From IMG/VR virus record IMGVR_UViG_3300005265_000003: a stretch of 64,000 bases of DNA. One strand, given 5' to 3'. How positions within the stretch are numbered: the stretch's first letter is position 1; the number at the start of each line of letters is the position of its first letter. The notes below the pieces were generated by a model that worked only from the letters and a program-made list of their open reading frames with translations, was not told where the DNA came from and searched no databases. A program made the translations under genes and the position numbers. Below, piece by piece: positions 1 to 10,400 of the stretch. Source of the DNA: an uncultured virus (IMG/VR IMGVR_UViG_3300005265_000003) (Duplodnaviria > Heunggongvirae > Uroviricota > Caudoviricetes).

Positions 1-1
1 T

Positions 2-2215
2 GGCGATAATGCTTGGCTGGATGATGTTCCAAACCAAGATACTCTTCCAGTTCTTCTCTGGCAGGTAGGTGGGGCTGTGATGACTATTGGAAGTACAAAA
101 ACTATCAGCGGTCCTGTTGTGTATCAGTGTATTCAATACATCTACGCAGATAATTATACATTCGGTGATGCGATAATGAATTTATTGAACGAAAAGGGCT
201 TTACAACATCCTTTTCTGGATTATCAGTACTTGGTGACCCCACTCTTCGTCCAAAGTATCCAGAATACACAAACATTGAGGTTTACGGCCCCACGATGAA
301 GAACAATACATTCAGCATTCCAGGTCATCCCTATGCTAAATTCAAATTTATCAATTTCAACAATAAGGACATTGATAGTGCAGATGTTTATTTCAAAGAC
401 GGAAACTGGCAGCTCGCTAAATCCTTCTCTGATGGTGATGTGGAAAATTACGGAATCTATTCAACTCTGTACTCAGGATGCTCCAGCACCGATACAACAT
501 ATCTTATCAATGTTACTTGCACAGCGGATTCTGTCACTTCCAAAGCAGTCATGAAGTTCAAAACACATCCTTATGATAACAGTTGGTCAATCTTCTATAT
601 AGAAAAGAATGATACCGACCAACTTCAGCCGCAAATTCATGGTCGACTTGGTGGATTAAGTTATGCATACTACTACAAATATGAAGGTCTAATTGATGGC
701 GAGTATCAAACACTGGAAGAAGGAGTAGGTTCCACTGAGCAGAATCAGATAACTATAAGTAATACAACATTTATGAGTGATTATGGCAACTACACTCTAC
801 GCTATACTATTTCATCGACTGGTGTGACAAGAACTAAGACTTTTGTTAAGACTATCAGAACAAATTACCCAACACCAGACCTTACTCTCCTTCCAAACGA
901 CAACGGTACAGTTAATGATGATGATATTACCGCACACGGCGCAACTTACAAATGGCAGTGTATTGATGATGGCTCTTCTCATGATAGCGACACGACATAC
1001 ATCGAGGGTGGTATCGGTGAAGAGACATTTAATTTTGAAGATACGACATCGAAGCTTAAATACTTGAAGATAGTTATAGTGTCAAGAGCAACCGGTGGTA
1101 CATATAATCACCTATATGTCACATTGAAATCCGGCTTTCAACTAACAAGAATTGCGAAGATAAGGATTGACAACACAAACTACCAAACATTTATCGTCTA
1201 TATTACTAAAAACCCCTTCACAAATGAAAACTGGACAGCTAATGATTTGACAGATTTAGAAGTTGGTCTCTACTTTGACCCCGCTATGGGAATACCATCA
1301 CCGAAAATCAGGTGTACATCTCTCTACATTGAAGGAACTATTGAAAACACACCGCCAACGCTATCTAATCCGTCAGCGACACCATCGGTCGGAGAGGCAA
1401 GCAGCACGGTTTTCTATTTTAATATCACATATTCTGACCCAGATAATGATTCTCCAAGTGAGATAAAAGTTAATATTACCAAACCTGGATGGTATTTAAA
1501 TGCAAGTATGACGTATGTTTCTGGTGATAATTTAACCGGAGCCTTATATTCTTATTCCACTACACTAAAGGCCGGCGTCTATGACATATTGTTCTACGCT
1601 TTCGATGGAGAAGATGGAACAGTAAATGACCCTGATATTCAAGTCAAGTCCACATTCCGCATGGTAGTTCGTGCAGATGGAGAAGACTATTTCATATGGG
1701 TTGGAAAGAATTGCACAGCGTCTGAAGCTGTTGAAGACATTCCGGGATTCGATGAGGCATCCGAATATATTGCAATCTGGAATGGCACAACTTGGGATTC
1801 TGAGAATGGTCTTTGGATATTCTATTATGGTGATGGCACCGGCGAAGACTTCTATATCCACACCTACGATGTCATTAGAATTTATCTCACTGATACCGGA
1901 ACCGTTGAGATATATGCAACTCCCAATAACTACATCAATTACAGCGCTACAAGAACAGTCCTTTTAATAAATTCAACAAATAAAGGAGCTAACTATACTG
2001 GTTATACTGGCTCAACTACAACGCTATCAGACATCGTTGATGACGCAGGCTTAGAAGAAGGCGAAGTTATAGGTTATTGGGATAACAGCACTTACGAATG
2101 GGAGATATATGTTGTTGGCTTCTCTAATTTAAATGTAGAGATTGATAAGTTCACTGTAGTGTATACCAAAGTTGGTGACACCAGAACGTGGAATATACCC
2201 GGACCTGAAGCATGA
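2..2215 (+). CDS. Large virion/neck-associated protein, 5'-truncated: C-terminal part of a gingipain-like (peptidase C25/caspase-fold) domain followed by Ig-like/beta-rich domains
   Basis: The frame is open from base 2 (GDNAWLDD...QVGGAVMTIGSTK). GGAVxxIGST...TFGDA...SVLGDPTL resembles the C-terminal signature of C25 peptidases. NTPPTLSNPSATP...FNITYSDPDND is typical of archaeal surface-protein Ig-like repeats. The catalytic His/Cys would lie upstream, outside the window. Confidence 0.55.
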   Translation, partial: GDNAWLDDVPNQDTLPVLLWQVGGAVMTIGSTKTISGPVVYQCIQYIYADNYTFGDAIMNLLNEKGFTTSFSGLSVLGDPTLRPKYPEYTNIEVYGPTMKNNTFSIPGHPYAKFKFINFNNKDIDSADVYFKDGNWQLAKSFSDGDVENYGIYSTLYSGCSSTDTTYLINVTCTADSVTSKAVMKFKTHPYDNSWSIFYIEKNDTDQLQPQIHGRLGGLSYAYYYKYEGLIDGEYQTLEEGVGSTEQNQITISNTTFMSDYGNYTLRYTISSTGVTRTKTFVKTIRTNYPTPDLTLLPNDNGTVNDDDITAHGATYKWQCIDDGSSHDSDTTYIEGGIGEETFNFEDTTSKLKYLKIVIVSRATGGTYNHLYVTLKSGFQLTRIAKIRIDNTNYQTFIVYITKNPFTNENWTANDLTDLEVGLYFDPAMGIPSPKIRCTSLYIEGTIENTPPTLSNPSATPSVGEASSTVFYFNITYSDPDNDSPSEIKVNITKPGWYLNASMTYVSGDNLTGALYSYSTTLKAGVYDILFYAFDGEDGTVNDPDIQVKSTFRMVVRADGEDYFIWVGKNCTASEAVEDIPGFDEASEYIAIWNGTTWDSENGLWIFYYGDGTGEDFYIHTYDVIRIYLTDTGTVEIYATPNNYINYSATRTVLLINSTNKGANYTGYTGSTTTLSDIVDDAGLEEGEVIGYWDNSTYEWEIYVVGFSNLNVEIDKFTVVYTKVGDTRTWNIPGPEA

Positions 2216-2607
2216 CATTACCAATTCCATATCCGATATATGGACAAACTAAAGACTCCAATGAGGACATTCTACCGAATCTTCCAGTGAAGATTTCAGG
2301 AACATCCGAAGTGACAGTTACTTCTGACAGCAACGGCAAATATCTTCATAACATTCAGAATATCGCTACAGAAGGTCAGGATTTACATGTGAGAGCATCT
2401 TATCTTGGTGAGCACACCGACATAACTTGGAATGTCAGCTTGGTTCCTCCATCTAAGCGTATAGATGTCATCCTCCAAGATTCCATTGAGACTGGCGAAG
2501 TAACTTTGAACGGCTATCATGATACAGGAACTGATTTGTATCTCTTTACATCCAAATCCACACCTGAGATAAGCCTCAAGATATCAGATATTGATTGGGT
2601 TGAATGA
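2212..2607 (+). CDS. Hypothetical virion protein with an Ig/transthyretin-like beta-sandwich
   Basis: ATGA overlap with the upstream gene; PIYGQTKD...VTVTSDSNGKY pattern resembles carboxypeptidase-regulatory-like domains. Confidence 0.45.
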   Translation: MTLPIPYPIYGQTKDSNEDILPNLPVKISGTSEVTVTSDSNGKYLHNIQNIATEGQDLHVRASYLGEHTDITWNVSLVPPSKRIDVILQDSIETGEVTLNGYHDTGTDLYLFTSKSTPEISLKISDIDWVE

Positions 2608-4232
2608 CGTTATACCCAGCTAAATTTGATACAGGTAGATTTAATTATTCCTACTTCAACACCCTCACTTTAGAACAGTCTCTCAATGCTCTAGTCAGCA
2701 AGACTGGCATTATCGAGACTTATGTCAATTCGCTATTGGAAGCCCTGCAACAGTGTGAACATAATATCAATTCACTACTGATGGCATCTCAAACACTTCA
2801 GCAAAATCTAGACACATTACTGTCTCAGACTTATTCTGTTTCTACATCACATGACGCACTGTTGATGATTACGGAGGCTCTTCAGCATTACCTCGACACT
2901 CTCATATTGACGACACAGGAGAAGCAAGTCGATATCGATACTATCTTGCAGCAAACGAAAGCCCTAACCTATCTGACCGATAGCTTGTTAAAGAAGACCA
3001 CAACCCGCATGCATTATCTTAATACAATTCTCCAGGCTGAGGAGGTCATTAAAGTTTATGCGATTAACGCTCTTCTCAAATCGACTTACAGTCTATCGCT
3101 GATTCATGACGCAATAGTTTCGCTGATAGGGCTTGAAAAAGAATACGGCATAACCGCTATCCTTCTTCAGAAGAAAGAAATCAATTATATAATGGATTGC
3201 CTAATTAAAGCCACGAATCAGTTGAATTTAGTCTATGATTCAGTCTTACAAGCAACAACTGAGAAAGATTTCACGCTCAATAGCATATTAAGTACGCTCC
3301 AATCCATCACATATGATTTCAATGCTATACTTAGCGAACTTGGAACTCAACTCCATTACGCCTTTGATTCAGTATTATCCGCAATTAACTCTATTAGCTC
3401 TTATATCAATGCTGTGATTGGCCAAGTCATTCCCAAGGAGTTGGCAATCGATAGCATATTGATGCAATCACAAATTCTAGACTACAGCTTACTAGCCATT
3501 CTATCCATTGAAATTGAGAAGAATCATAATTTAGACGCATTACTCAGCGCTCTACAAACATCAAACTACAATAGCGATACTGTATTACAGGCGACATATA
3601 TTATCTCTCTATTGGAAGATGCATTACTGCAAAAATCATATGAGCGAGCCTATCATTTAATGACCCAATTGAAGGCTATTATAGGCGAAGATTATCTGAT
3701 TGACGCCACACTACATCTAATTCAGAAGGCGGAACATTCGCTAGACACTATATTAGGTCTAGGCATGAAGTTCATTGACTATTTACTTGATGGTATTCTG
3801 TCTGGGAAATTAAGCAAAGAAATACGGTTCGACAGCCTGCTTAGTCAAACCTTTAGCATCAATTACCTCACATCCGTTTATCTGTTAATGACAGCAAGTC
3901 TTCAATACACGATTAATTCGATATTTCAGGGCCGATATTCAAGACAATTCGCTTTAGATTCGATAATATACAAATTGATGACAGCAGCATATCTCACAGA
4001 TGTCTTACTCCTTCAGAAAAAGGAATGTCTATATAGCATCGATACAAATCTCAAACTTCCAGTCGGCAGGATATATTATTTCATTGACAGCGTGCTTAAG
4101 GGAAGACTCGTCTGTCAGTACATATTTACCACAGACCTTATCAAGGGCCTTTATATTGACACGCTACGAACTTCTATGGCTTCTGTATATGAAATTAAAA
4201 CTACCCTTTCTGACTGTTTAGGAAATACGTGA
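2604..4232 (+). CDS. Repeat-rich structural protein with many degenerate ~14-15-aa repeats (Y/HxhD/NxhL); possible fibre or whisker
   Basis: Recurring units such as HYLDTLI, YLTDSLL, YAINALL, YDFNAIL, YLLDGIL, YSIDTNL; lies in the structural operon with overlapping start/stop codons. Confidence 0.5.
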   Translation: MTLYPAKFDTGRFNYSYFNTLTLEQSLNALVSKTGIIETYVNSLLEALQQCEHNINSLLMASQTLQQNLDTLLSQTYSVSTSHDALLMITEALQHYLDTLILTTQEKQVDIDTILQQTKALTYLTDSLLKKTTTRMHYLNTILQAEEVIKVYAINALLKSTYSLSLIHDAIVSLIGLEKEYGITAILLQKKEINYIMDCLIKATNQLNLVYDSVLQATTEKDFTLNSILSTLQSITYDFNAILSELGTQLHYAFDSVLSAINSISSYINAVIGQVIPKELAIDSILMQSQILDYSLLAILSIEIEKNHNLDALLSALQTSNYNSDTVLQATYIISLLEDALLQKSYERAYHLMTQLKAIIGEDYLIDATLHLIQKAEHSLDTILGLGMKFIDYLLDGILSGKLSKEIRFDSLLSQTFSINYLTSVYLLMTASLQYTINSIFQGRYSRQFALDSIIYKLMTAAYLTDVLLLQKKECLYSIDTNLKLPVGRIYYFIDSVLKGRLVCQYIFTTDLIKGLYIDTLRTSMASVYEIKTTLSDCLGNT

Positions 4233-4240
4233 TTTGTGGA

Positions 4241-4549
4241 ATGGCGTATCCCGAATATGAAAGGGGAACAACCATAAAGATATCTGCAGAATTTCTAGCG
4301 AATGGCAAGCTAGTTGATCCTCTCTATCCTCGTGTTACAGTTTATAAGCCAGACGGCACAAAGCTAGTTGATAATGCCGAACCGTTTAAAGACGAAGCAG
4401 GCAAGTATCACTATTATATTGAGACATCCAAGACAGACCCATTAGGACTTTACATTGTAGAGTGGAGTGGCTGGTGTGGTTTAGAGGGAACTCTCGGCTC
4501 TGGTCAAATCATTCAAAGAGATGTGTTTTCGTTAGTAGAAGTTGAGTAG
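4241..4549 (+). CDS. Small Ig-like virion protein
   Basis: ATG at 4241; VTVYKPDGT...GKYHY...GLYIVEW beta-sandwich pattern; structural context. Confidence 0.4.
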   Translation: MAYPEYERGTTIKISAEFLANGKLVDPLYPRVTVYKPDGTKLVDNAEPFKDEAGKYHYYIETSKTDPLGLYIVEWSGWCGLEGTLGSGQIIQRDVFSLVEVE

Positions 4550-4550
4550 T

Positions 4551-4874
4551 ATGGCATTTGAGGATTTGCTGACTGATACAATCTATAAATACACGCTTAC
4601 ATCCAGTCAGAACGAATTGGGAGAATGGGTTACCAGCTATACGTCTTCCTCAGCAGCCATAAATGCAAGGGTGATGCCACTTACAGACGAAGAACGCATG
4701 GTCATTGCTGGTTTATATCCGCATGTTAGACTCAAGGTTTACGTTCCTTATTCGACATCTATCAAGCTTGGTGATTTAATCTCATATAATGGCGAAATGT
4801 ATAGGGTGGAAGAGGCTGTATGGGATTCTGAAAAGATCTATAAGAAATTGATGGTGTCGAAATATGAGCTATGA
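4551..4874 (+). CDS. Head-closure/head-tail adaptor (SPP1 gp16-like)
   Basis: QNELGEW...INARV...IKLGDLISYNGEMYRV pattern; size and position before the tail terminator. Confidence 0.7.
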   Translation: MAFEDLLTDTIYKYTLTSSQNELGEWVTSYTSSSAAINARVMPLTDEERMVIAGLYPHVRLKVYVPYSTSIKLGDLISYNGEMYRVEEAVWDSEKIYKKLMVSKYEL

Positions 4875-5262
4875 AGTGTTAAAAGGCGTTAGGGATATCC
4901 TAATTACAGATGGCGATGTACTATCACTTATCCCAGCCAGTAAGATTCGAGTAGGATGGAGTAGCACTGTGGTTGATTTCCCATTAGCTGTGATTAGCAT
5001 AGTCTCCGAATCTGATACCGGTATGCTTGGTTATGGAACTGCAGAAGAAGGCGAAAAGTTACACAGAGTTGAGGCTAGTATACAAATTGATGTGCTGTCA
5101 CGGGCATCTATCAAAGAAACTCTCGATATAGCTGATGCCATCACTAAGGCTTTGATGAAGAATGGCTATTCCAAATCTACTGAAGTTGATATGTGGGATG
5201 ACCTGCTGAAAGCTCATAGACGAATGTTGAGATTTAAGAAGACCTTTATAAAGTCTGCATGA
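4864..5262 (+). CDS. Tail terminator/completion protein (SPP1 gp17-like)
   Basis: FPLAVIS...IQIDVLS...DIADAITKAL pattern; position in the neck module. Confidence 0.65.
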   Translation: MSYEVLKGVRDILITDGDVLSLIPASKIRVGWSSTVVDFPLAVISIVSESDTGMLGYGTAEEGEKLHRVEASIQIDVLSRASIKETLDIADAITKALMKNGYSKSTEVDMWDDLLKAHRRMLRFKKTFIKSA

Positions 5263-5753
5263 GATTTAAAGTCAAATTCAATCTGAAGAATTTATCCAAG
5301 CTTGTACCACATCGAATGCGAGAGCGATACCTTCCATATATCAGGGATAGTTTGATTCATATCCTCACAGAGATGGCCTATGATATGAATGAGGAATTGC
5401 AGCGGAGACGATATCCTGGTGCTTCTCCACCGCAGAGTGCTAGAAGAAACCCTGCATGGGTTCACACGCCAATTGAGGAAGGCTGGAATATACCAAATCC
5501 AGAAATCAAGAAGACAAAGGTTATCGCAACTCTTTATAACGCATCTGAGCATCTCCTCGCAGTAGAATTCGGAACTCTCCATGTAGCTCCCATATTTCCA
5601 CGAACTAAACCGTTCTTAGTGTTTGATTCGCTAAAATCTGATACGGGTATAGTAAGAGCTCCGTATGTATCCGGACAGAAAGGAAAGGGTTTTATTGAGG
5701 CTGTCTTTAATGAATGGACTAGGAAAGGTATTGAGGAATATTTGGCTAGGTGA
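5259..5753 (+). CDS. HK97 gp10-like tail/neck component
   Basis: AVEFGT motif and C-terminal GQKGKGFIEAV; neck-module position. Confidence 0.65.
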   Translation: MRFKVKFNLKNLSKLVPHRMRERYLPYIRDSLIHILTEMAYDMNEELQRRRYPGASPPQSARRNPAWVHTPIEEGWNIPNPEIKKTKVIATLYNASEHLLAVEFGTLHVAPIFPRTKPFLVFDSLKSDTGIVRAPYVSGQKGKGFIEAVFNEWTRKGIEEYLAR

Positions 5754-5793
5754 GGTTAAATATGTTTGTATGTAGCCGGATATTACTGGGAAT

Positions 5794-6234
5794 ATGGCAG
5801 GCATCATAACTGGAAAGGATGCATCCTTCAAGATAGCAGTTGGCTCGCTTGATAACAAAGACCTAGCATTCTGGGGTGTCTCTGATATGTCTCTGTCATT
5901 CTCGAGAGATATCATAGAACAGGAACTTGTAGGGCAGACTGGCAATCTGAGAAAGCCAGGTAAGCTTTCAGTAGAAGGCTCATTCACGAATTGTAAGATT
6001 GCTGCTTCAGGAAATTCAGATATGCTTGATTCCATAATAGACCCGAATAACCTTCTGATAATCTCAGGGCAGCTTGGAAGCGGAAATCTCAAGTTCTATT
6101 TCGTCTCCTGCCAAGTTACGTCCTTCGAAGTGACTATGGGAGATGCATCAACTATATCAGAGGCTAGCATTGATTTCACGGTACTTGACCCCTACAATGT
6201 GACCTATTCAAACGGCTATATAACAGATACGTAA
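5794..6234 (+). CDS. Tail tube (major tail) protein, copy 1
   Basis: 146 aa, ITGKDA N-terminus, beta-rich; lies upstream of the chaperone and tape measure; clear paralogue of the next gene. Confidence 0.65.
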   Translation: MAGIITGKDASFKIAVGSLDNKDLAFWGVSDMSLSFSRDIIEQELVGQTGNLRKPGKLSVEGSFTNCKIAASGNSDMLDSIIDPNNLLIISGQLGSGNLKFYFVSCQVTSFEVTMGDASTISEASIDFTVLDPYNVTYSNGYITDT

Positions 6235-6235
6235 T

Positions 6236-6679
6236 ATGGCTAACCCTGAGACTTATACCGGAGAAAATGCAAAAGTGGAGATAGCAGGTAAGGACCATGC
6301 AACTCTCGGTCTTTCAGACTTTACGCTAACACTCTCAAGAGATACGATAGAAACAGAACTGCTTGGAGAAAAAGGTAACTACTTTATGGCTGGAAGCCTT
6401 GGCATAGAAGGCTCCTTAACTGCAACAAAGCTGGATGATTCCGCTGCTGGTGTTTTGCTTGAATCGCTGATAAATGGTACGCCAGTTACAATATCGGGCA
6501 CCGCTGGTGATAAATCAATATCCTTCTACTTCACAAGCGGCCTTATTACGGGCTTTGATATTTCACTCGGAGACGCTGATACGGTCACAGAAGGCTCCAT
6601 TGATTTCACTGTCCTCAACCCGCAGGATGTTACCAAGACCTACAAGGGCGATAGTGTCCTCATAACAGATAGTAGCTAA
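6236..6679 (+). CDS. Tail tube (major tail) protein, copy 2
   Basis: Aligns with the previous gene throughout (SRDIIEQELVG/SRDTIETELLG; GDASTISEASIDFTVLDP/GDADTVTEGSIDFTVLNP). Confidence 0.65.
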   Translation: MANPETYTGENAKVEIAGKDHATLGLSDFTLTLSRDTIETELLGEKGNYFMAGSLGIEGSLTATKLDDSAAGVLLESLINGTPVTISGTAGDKSISFYFTSGLITGFDISLGDADTVTEGSIDFTVLNPQDVTKTYKGDSVLITDSS

Positions 6680-6747
6680 GACAGCTGAGATTCAGGTGAT
6701 TCACTTCTGTTTTATGTCTTTAATGGTATTAATGGAAGGAGGAGATC

Positions 6748-7215
6748 ATGGAGAAATCAAAAGAAGAGCGCTGGAAGGAATTTGAGGCGAAATTAAAGAA
6801 ATCTGAGGAGAAGAAGGCAGCTGAATTTATGAAGGAGCTTGCTACCAGAGACAAGCTTGAAAGGGATTTTAAAGAGGATATAATGTATGTGACCTTCGAG
6901 ACTTCTCCCGAAACTAAGAGGACGGTCCTTACACGCAGACCTACTCACTCCGAGATGCTGGAATTAATTAGGCTGCTTATTACAGTCTCAAAATTTGGTG
7001 GTGAAGCAATGACCGAAGATGATTTCAAGAAATTCGAAGATGCTTATGAGAAGCTGCCAAAGATTGCTGCATCACTTTGTGTAAAGCCGAAGCTTGATGA
7101 GAAATTCTGGAGCCAAGTAGCAACCTGGGATGCACTCCAGAGCTTTATCAATGCAGTCCTCTCTGCTGGCCAATCCCCTCGCATCTCAGAACAAGAAATG
7201 AAGTCCTTTCGTTGA
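6748..7215 (+). CDS. Tail assembly chaperone (lambda gpG-like)
   Basis: Lies between tail tube and tape measure; GGAGGAG RBS; ends in TCC TTT CGT TGA. Confidence 0.7.
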   Translation: MEKSKEERWKEFEAKLKKSEEKKAAEFMKELATRDKLERDFKEDIMYVTFETSPETKRTVLTRRPTHSEMLELIRLLITVSKFGGEAMTEDDFKKFEDAYEKLPKIAASLCVKPKLDEKFWSQVATWDALQSFINAVLSAGQSPRISEQEMKSFR

Positions 7216-7408
7216 ATCTGGATTAGGTCAGCTTGAGTTTGAATTGTGCTCTCTCCTACACAAAACACCAAGAGAAATTGGGGAGTTACGCCAGAAAGAC
7301 CCTGAAGGAATACGTTTTCTTGAAGAATGTATATTGTACCGGAAGAAGAAAGAATATGAAGCTTATAAGAAGTTAGAGCAAAAGGCTAAATTAAAGAGAA
7401 AGAGGTAG
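7208..7408 (+). CDS. Frameshift extension of the tail assembly chaperone (gpGT-like), +1 frame
   Basis: Open +1 frame with no ATG (FVESGLGQLEFELCSLLHKTPREIGEL...KRKR*) that fills the gap exactly up to the tape-measure ATG at 7409. Confidence 0.75.
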   Translation, partial: FVESGLGQLEFELCSLLHKTPREIGELRQKDPEGIRFLEECILYRKKKEYEAYKKLEQKAKLKRKR

Positions 7409-10400
7409 ATGGTAAGAGTTGGTGGAACTCCTTTAGGAACTGGAGTAATTCAAATAACAGCCGATATCCGAGATGCGATACTAGCTATCAAATACAAATT
7501 AACTGCGGAATGTCAGAGAGCTACAGATGCCATCAAGAAGCATTTTGATACTCTTGGAAAGCGACTTGAGGCCAAGTTACCTACACAGATGCAGGCGGTT
7601 GCACGCTCAGCCGCAGATAAAGCGATAACTCAAGTAGAGCGATTCCGTGATAGGTTAAAATTACTCTGGCATCACATCCAGCACTATCTTTCATTCACCA
7701 TCGGTGTTCAGATAGTGATGCGTTCTATCAGAGCACTCCAGCAAACTATTGACTTATTCACGGAGTTTGAAAAGAGAGTTGTAATGGCTGCAGCTGTATC
7801 TGGATATTTCGGAAAGGCATTTGATGTGGCGACAGCATCAATCCAGCGATTAGCCTTAACGCTTAGTAGGAGGACGATTTACTCTGCCAATGAGATAGCT
7901 GAGGCGATGTATAGCATAGCATCGGCGGGCTATGACGTTGGGAAAATCACAGAAAGGGAGTTAATTCCGATATTAAATTATGCAGCTGCACAGCAGATTG
8001 ATTTAAATGATGCAACTGAGCTGGTCATTAAGACATTCAAGGAGTTTGGAGATACTGGAGAGACGATAGAAAGTATTGTTGATAAATTCACTGCAGCAAT
8101 ATCCAATTCATTCCTCAATGCTCAGAGATTAGCTGAGGGCATGAAGTATGTTGGTGCAATGGCTGCAGAGGTAGGCGTATCTCTCGATGAGACTCTTGGC
8201 GCTTTGGCAGTCCTCGTTGATAGAGGATATGAGGGTTCTCAGGCTGGCCAGAGACTCAATATGATTCTCACAAAGCTGCTTAAGCCTACAGAAGAAGCGA
8301 AAGAAGCGTTAAATAGTTTGGGTCTTACGATTGAAGACTTAAATCCAGAGACGAATTCATTAGTTGAAATCCTATATAAACTCAGAGCAGCCGGTTTTAG
8401 TGCGGCTGAAGCATCAGCGATGTTCCGAGCTAGGACAGCAGCTGCAGCACTCACTCTCGTAGAAAATGCAGATGCAGTTGCTCGTCTTACAATGCAACTT
8501 CAATATTCAGCGGGACTCACAGAGGAATTAGCTCGCAGGCAGATAAATACGCTTAGTGGTGCTCTTGCTCTTTTGAGAAATAATGTTGTTGCATTAGCGA
8601 TAGCTATAGGACGTGATTTGAAACCTCTTATTCTCACTACAGCTGGTGCTATTGAGGATTATTTGCTTCCAGTAGTTCGCGCCCTATCCGCTCCACTCAG
8701 CGCCTTTGGAACTATTCTCTCAAGAGCATCTGGCGGTGGTAAAGCCTTCATTGGAATACTTCTCTCTATGACTGTTGCAGGAGTTGCCACCCTCGGACTT
8801 CTTAAGATGCTGAGCTTCACTCTCAAATTAGTCGGTAAGGAGTTTATTGCTGAATCCATTAAAGCAGCAACATTCAGGAAATCCTTAACTGCTCTTGGTG
8901 TCGGTGTAGGCTCATTCATTAATCAAGCTCTTAATCTTCAATCTACAGCTTCTCTTGTTGCCTTATCATTTGGCATGATTACTGGAGAACTACTTTTATT
9001 TGCGACTCTTGGCGATAAGATACCATCTTCAATACAGTCAATTACAGTCTCACTTACGTTCCTCATCACGGTTCTTCTTAATCTTAAAAATACAGCTATA
9101 AGTGCCAGGACAGCGATGCTCTCCATCGTTCCTGCAATTGTAGGGGTATCAGCAGCTGCCGCAGCAACTAATCTTGCAGGTATGAATTCCATCCTAGGAA
9201 AGACAATTGCTACCATTACAAGCCTTAGTGGCTCTCTTATTTCTTTGGGACTCACCTTTAAGTTAGTTGGCATTTCAGCTACATCCTTACTCGGTATATT
9301 CGGCATACTGATAACTGTCGGAACCATTATAGCTAGTATTTGGGGCAAAGATATTGCTAATGCCCTCCAGGGGGTCTATGAACGACTCGTGCCGTGGGAA
9401 TCTAGGACGTATAAGGCTGTCGTTGCATCCCGTAAATTGTCTGAAGCTTTATCCGAATATCGAAGCCATATATCCACACTTCGTGAATTACAGGAGGAAC
9501 ATGATAGGCTAAATAAAGAGCTAGAAGAAGCGAAAGCGGCTGGAGAAGATGTTGCTGAGGTACTTGAGCGGTTGAATGAAGTTGAGAAGGAAATGCAAGC
9601 TACCTCCAACAATGTTGCATCATCTTGGAAGAATATAGTTAGCATCATTGCTAATGCCACACCAAATCTTGGGAAATATGTCAAGAGTCTTGAAGACTAT
9701 TACAGCACATCTAGCGAACTAAGGAATCTAGAAGAGCGGAAAGCTGAATTATATGCAGAACTGGAGAAGAAGCAAGATGAGTACTCTAAAGCTGTTGCTA
9801 TATATGGTGCAGCATCAGAGGAGGCAAGGTCCATTTGGAATGATATAATTCGGATATCGAGGGATTATAGTGATGTCGTTGACCAGATAGCTGATAAAGA
9901 AGGCGAACTAAATAAACTTGAGGACCAAAGAAAAGACATAATGGATGACTTAGTTAAGGGAGAGAAGGAGCTAGCGGAGGCAGCAGATGATTTATACGAA
10001 GCCCACTATAATTACGTTGAACTAATGTCAAAGCGGATAATAACTGAATCGAAATTAGAAGCACTTGAATCCCTACGAAGCGATATCAATAAGATTCTTA
10101 CTGAGAAGATAGGCAAATTAGCTGAAGCTGAATTAAAGCTTAAGAAGATAGAAGAGGCTCTTTACAAACTAAGAAAAGATAATCTAAGTCGGGTGAGGAG
10201 CCTATGGGATGCGCTGGTCAAGGAAGGATGGATTACTGAGGATATGATAGAGGGTAAAGAGGACTTAGAAAAGGCATATGGAGACTTGATGAAGGCTCAG
10301 GTGAGATATAGTCGACTTTTAGGCAGATTGACTCCAGAACAGAGAGAAATTCTTAGCAGATGGGTTGAAGAATATGTTAAAGCGTTAGAAGAGGGTCTTC

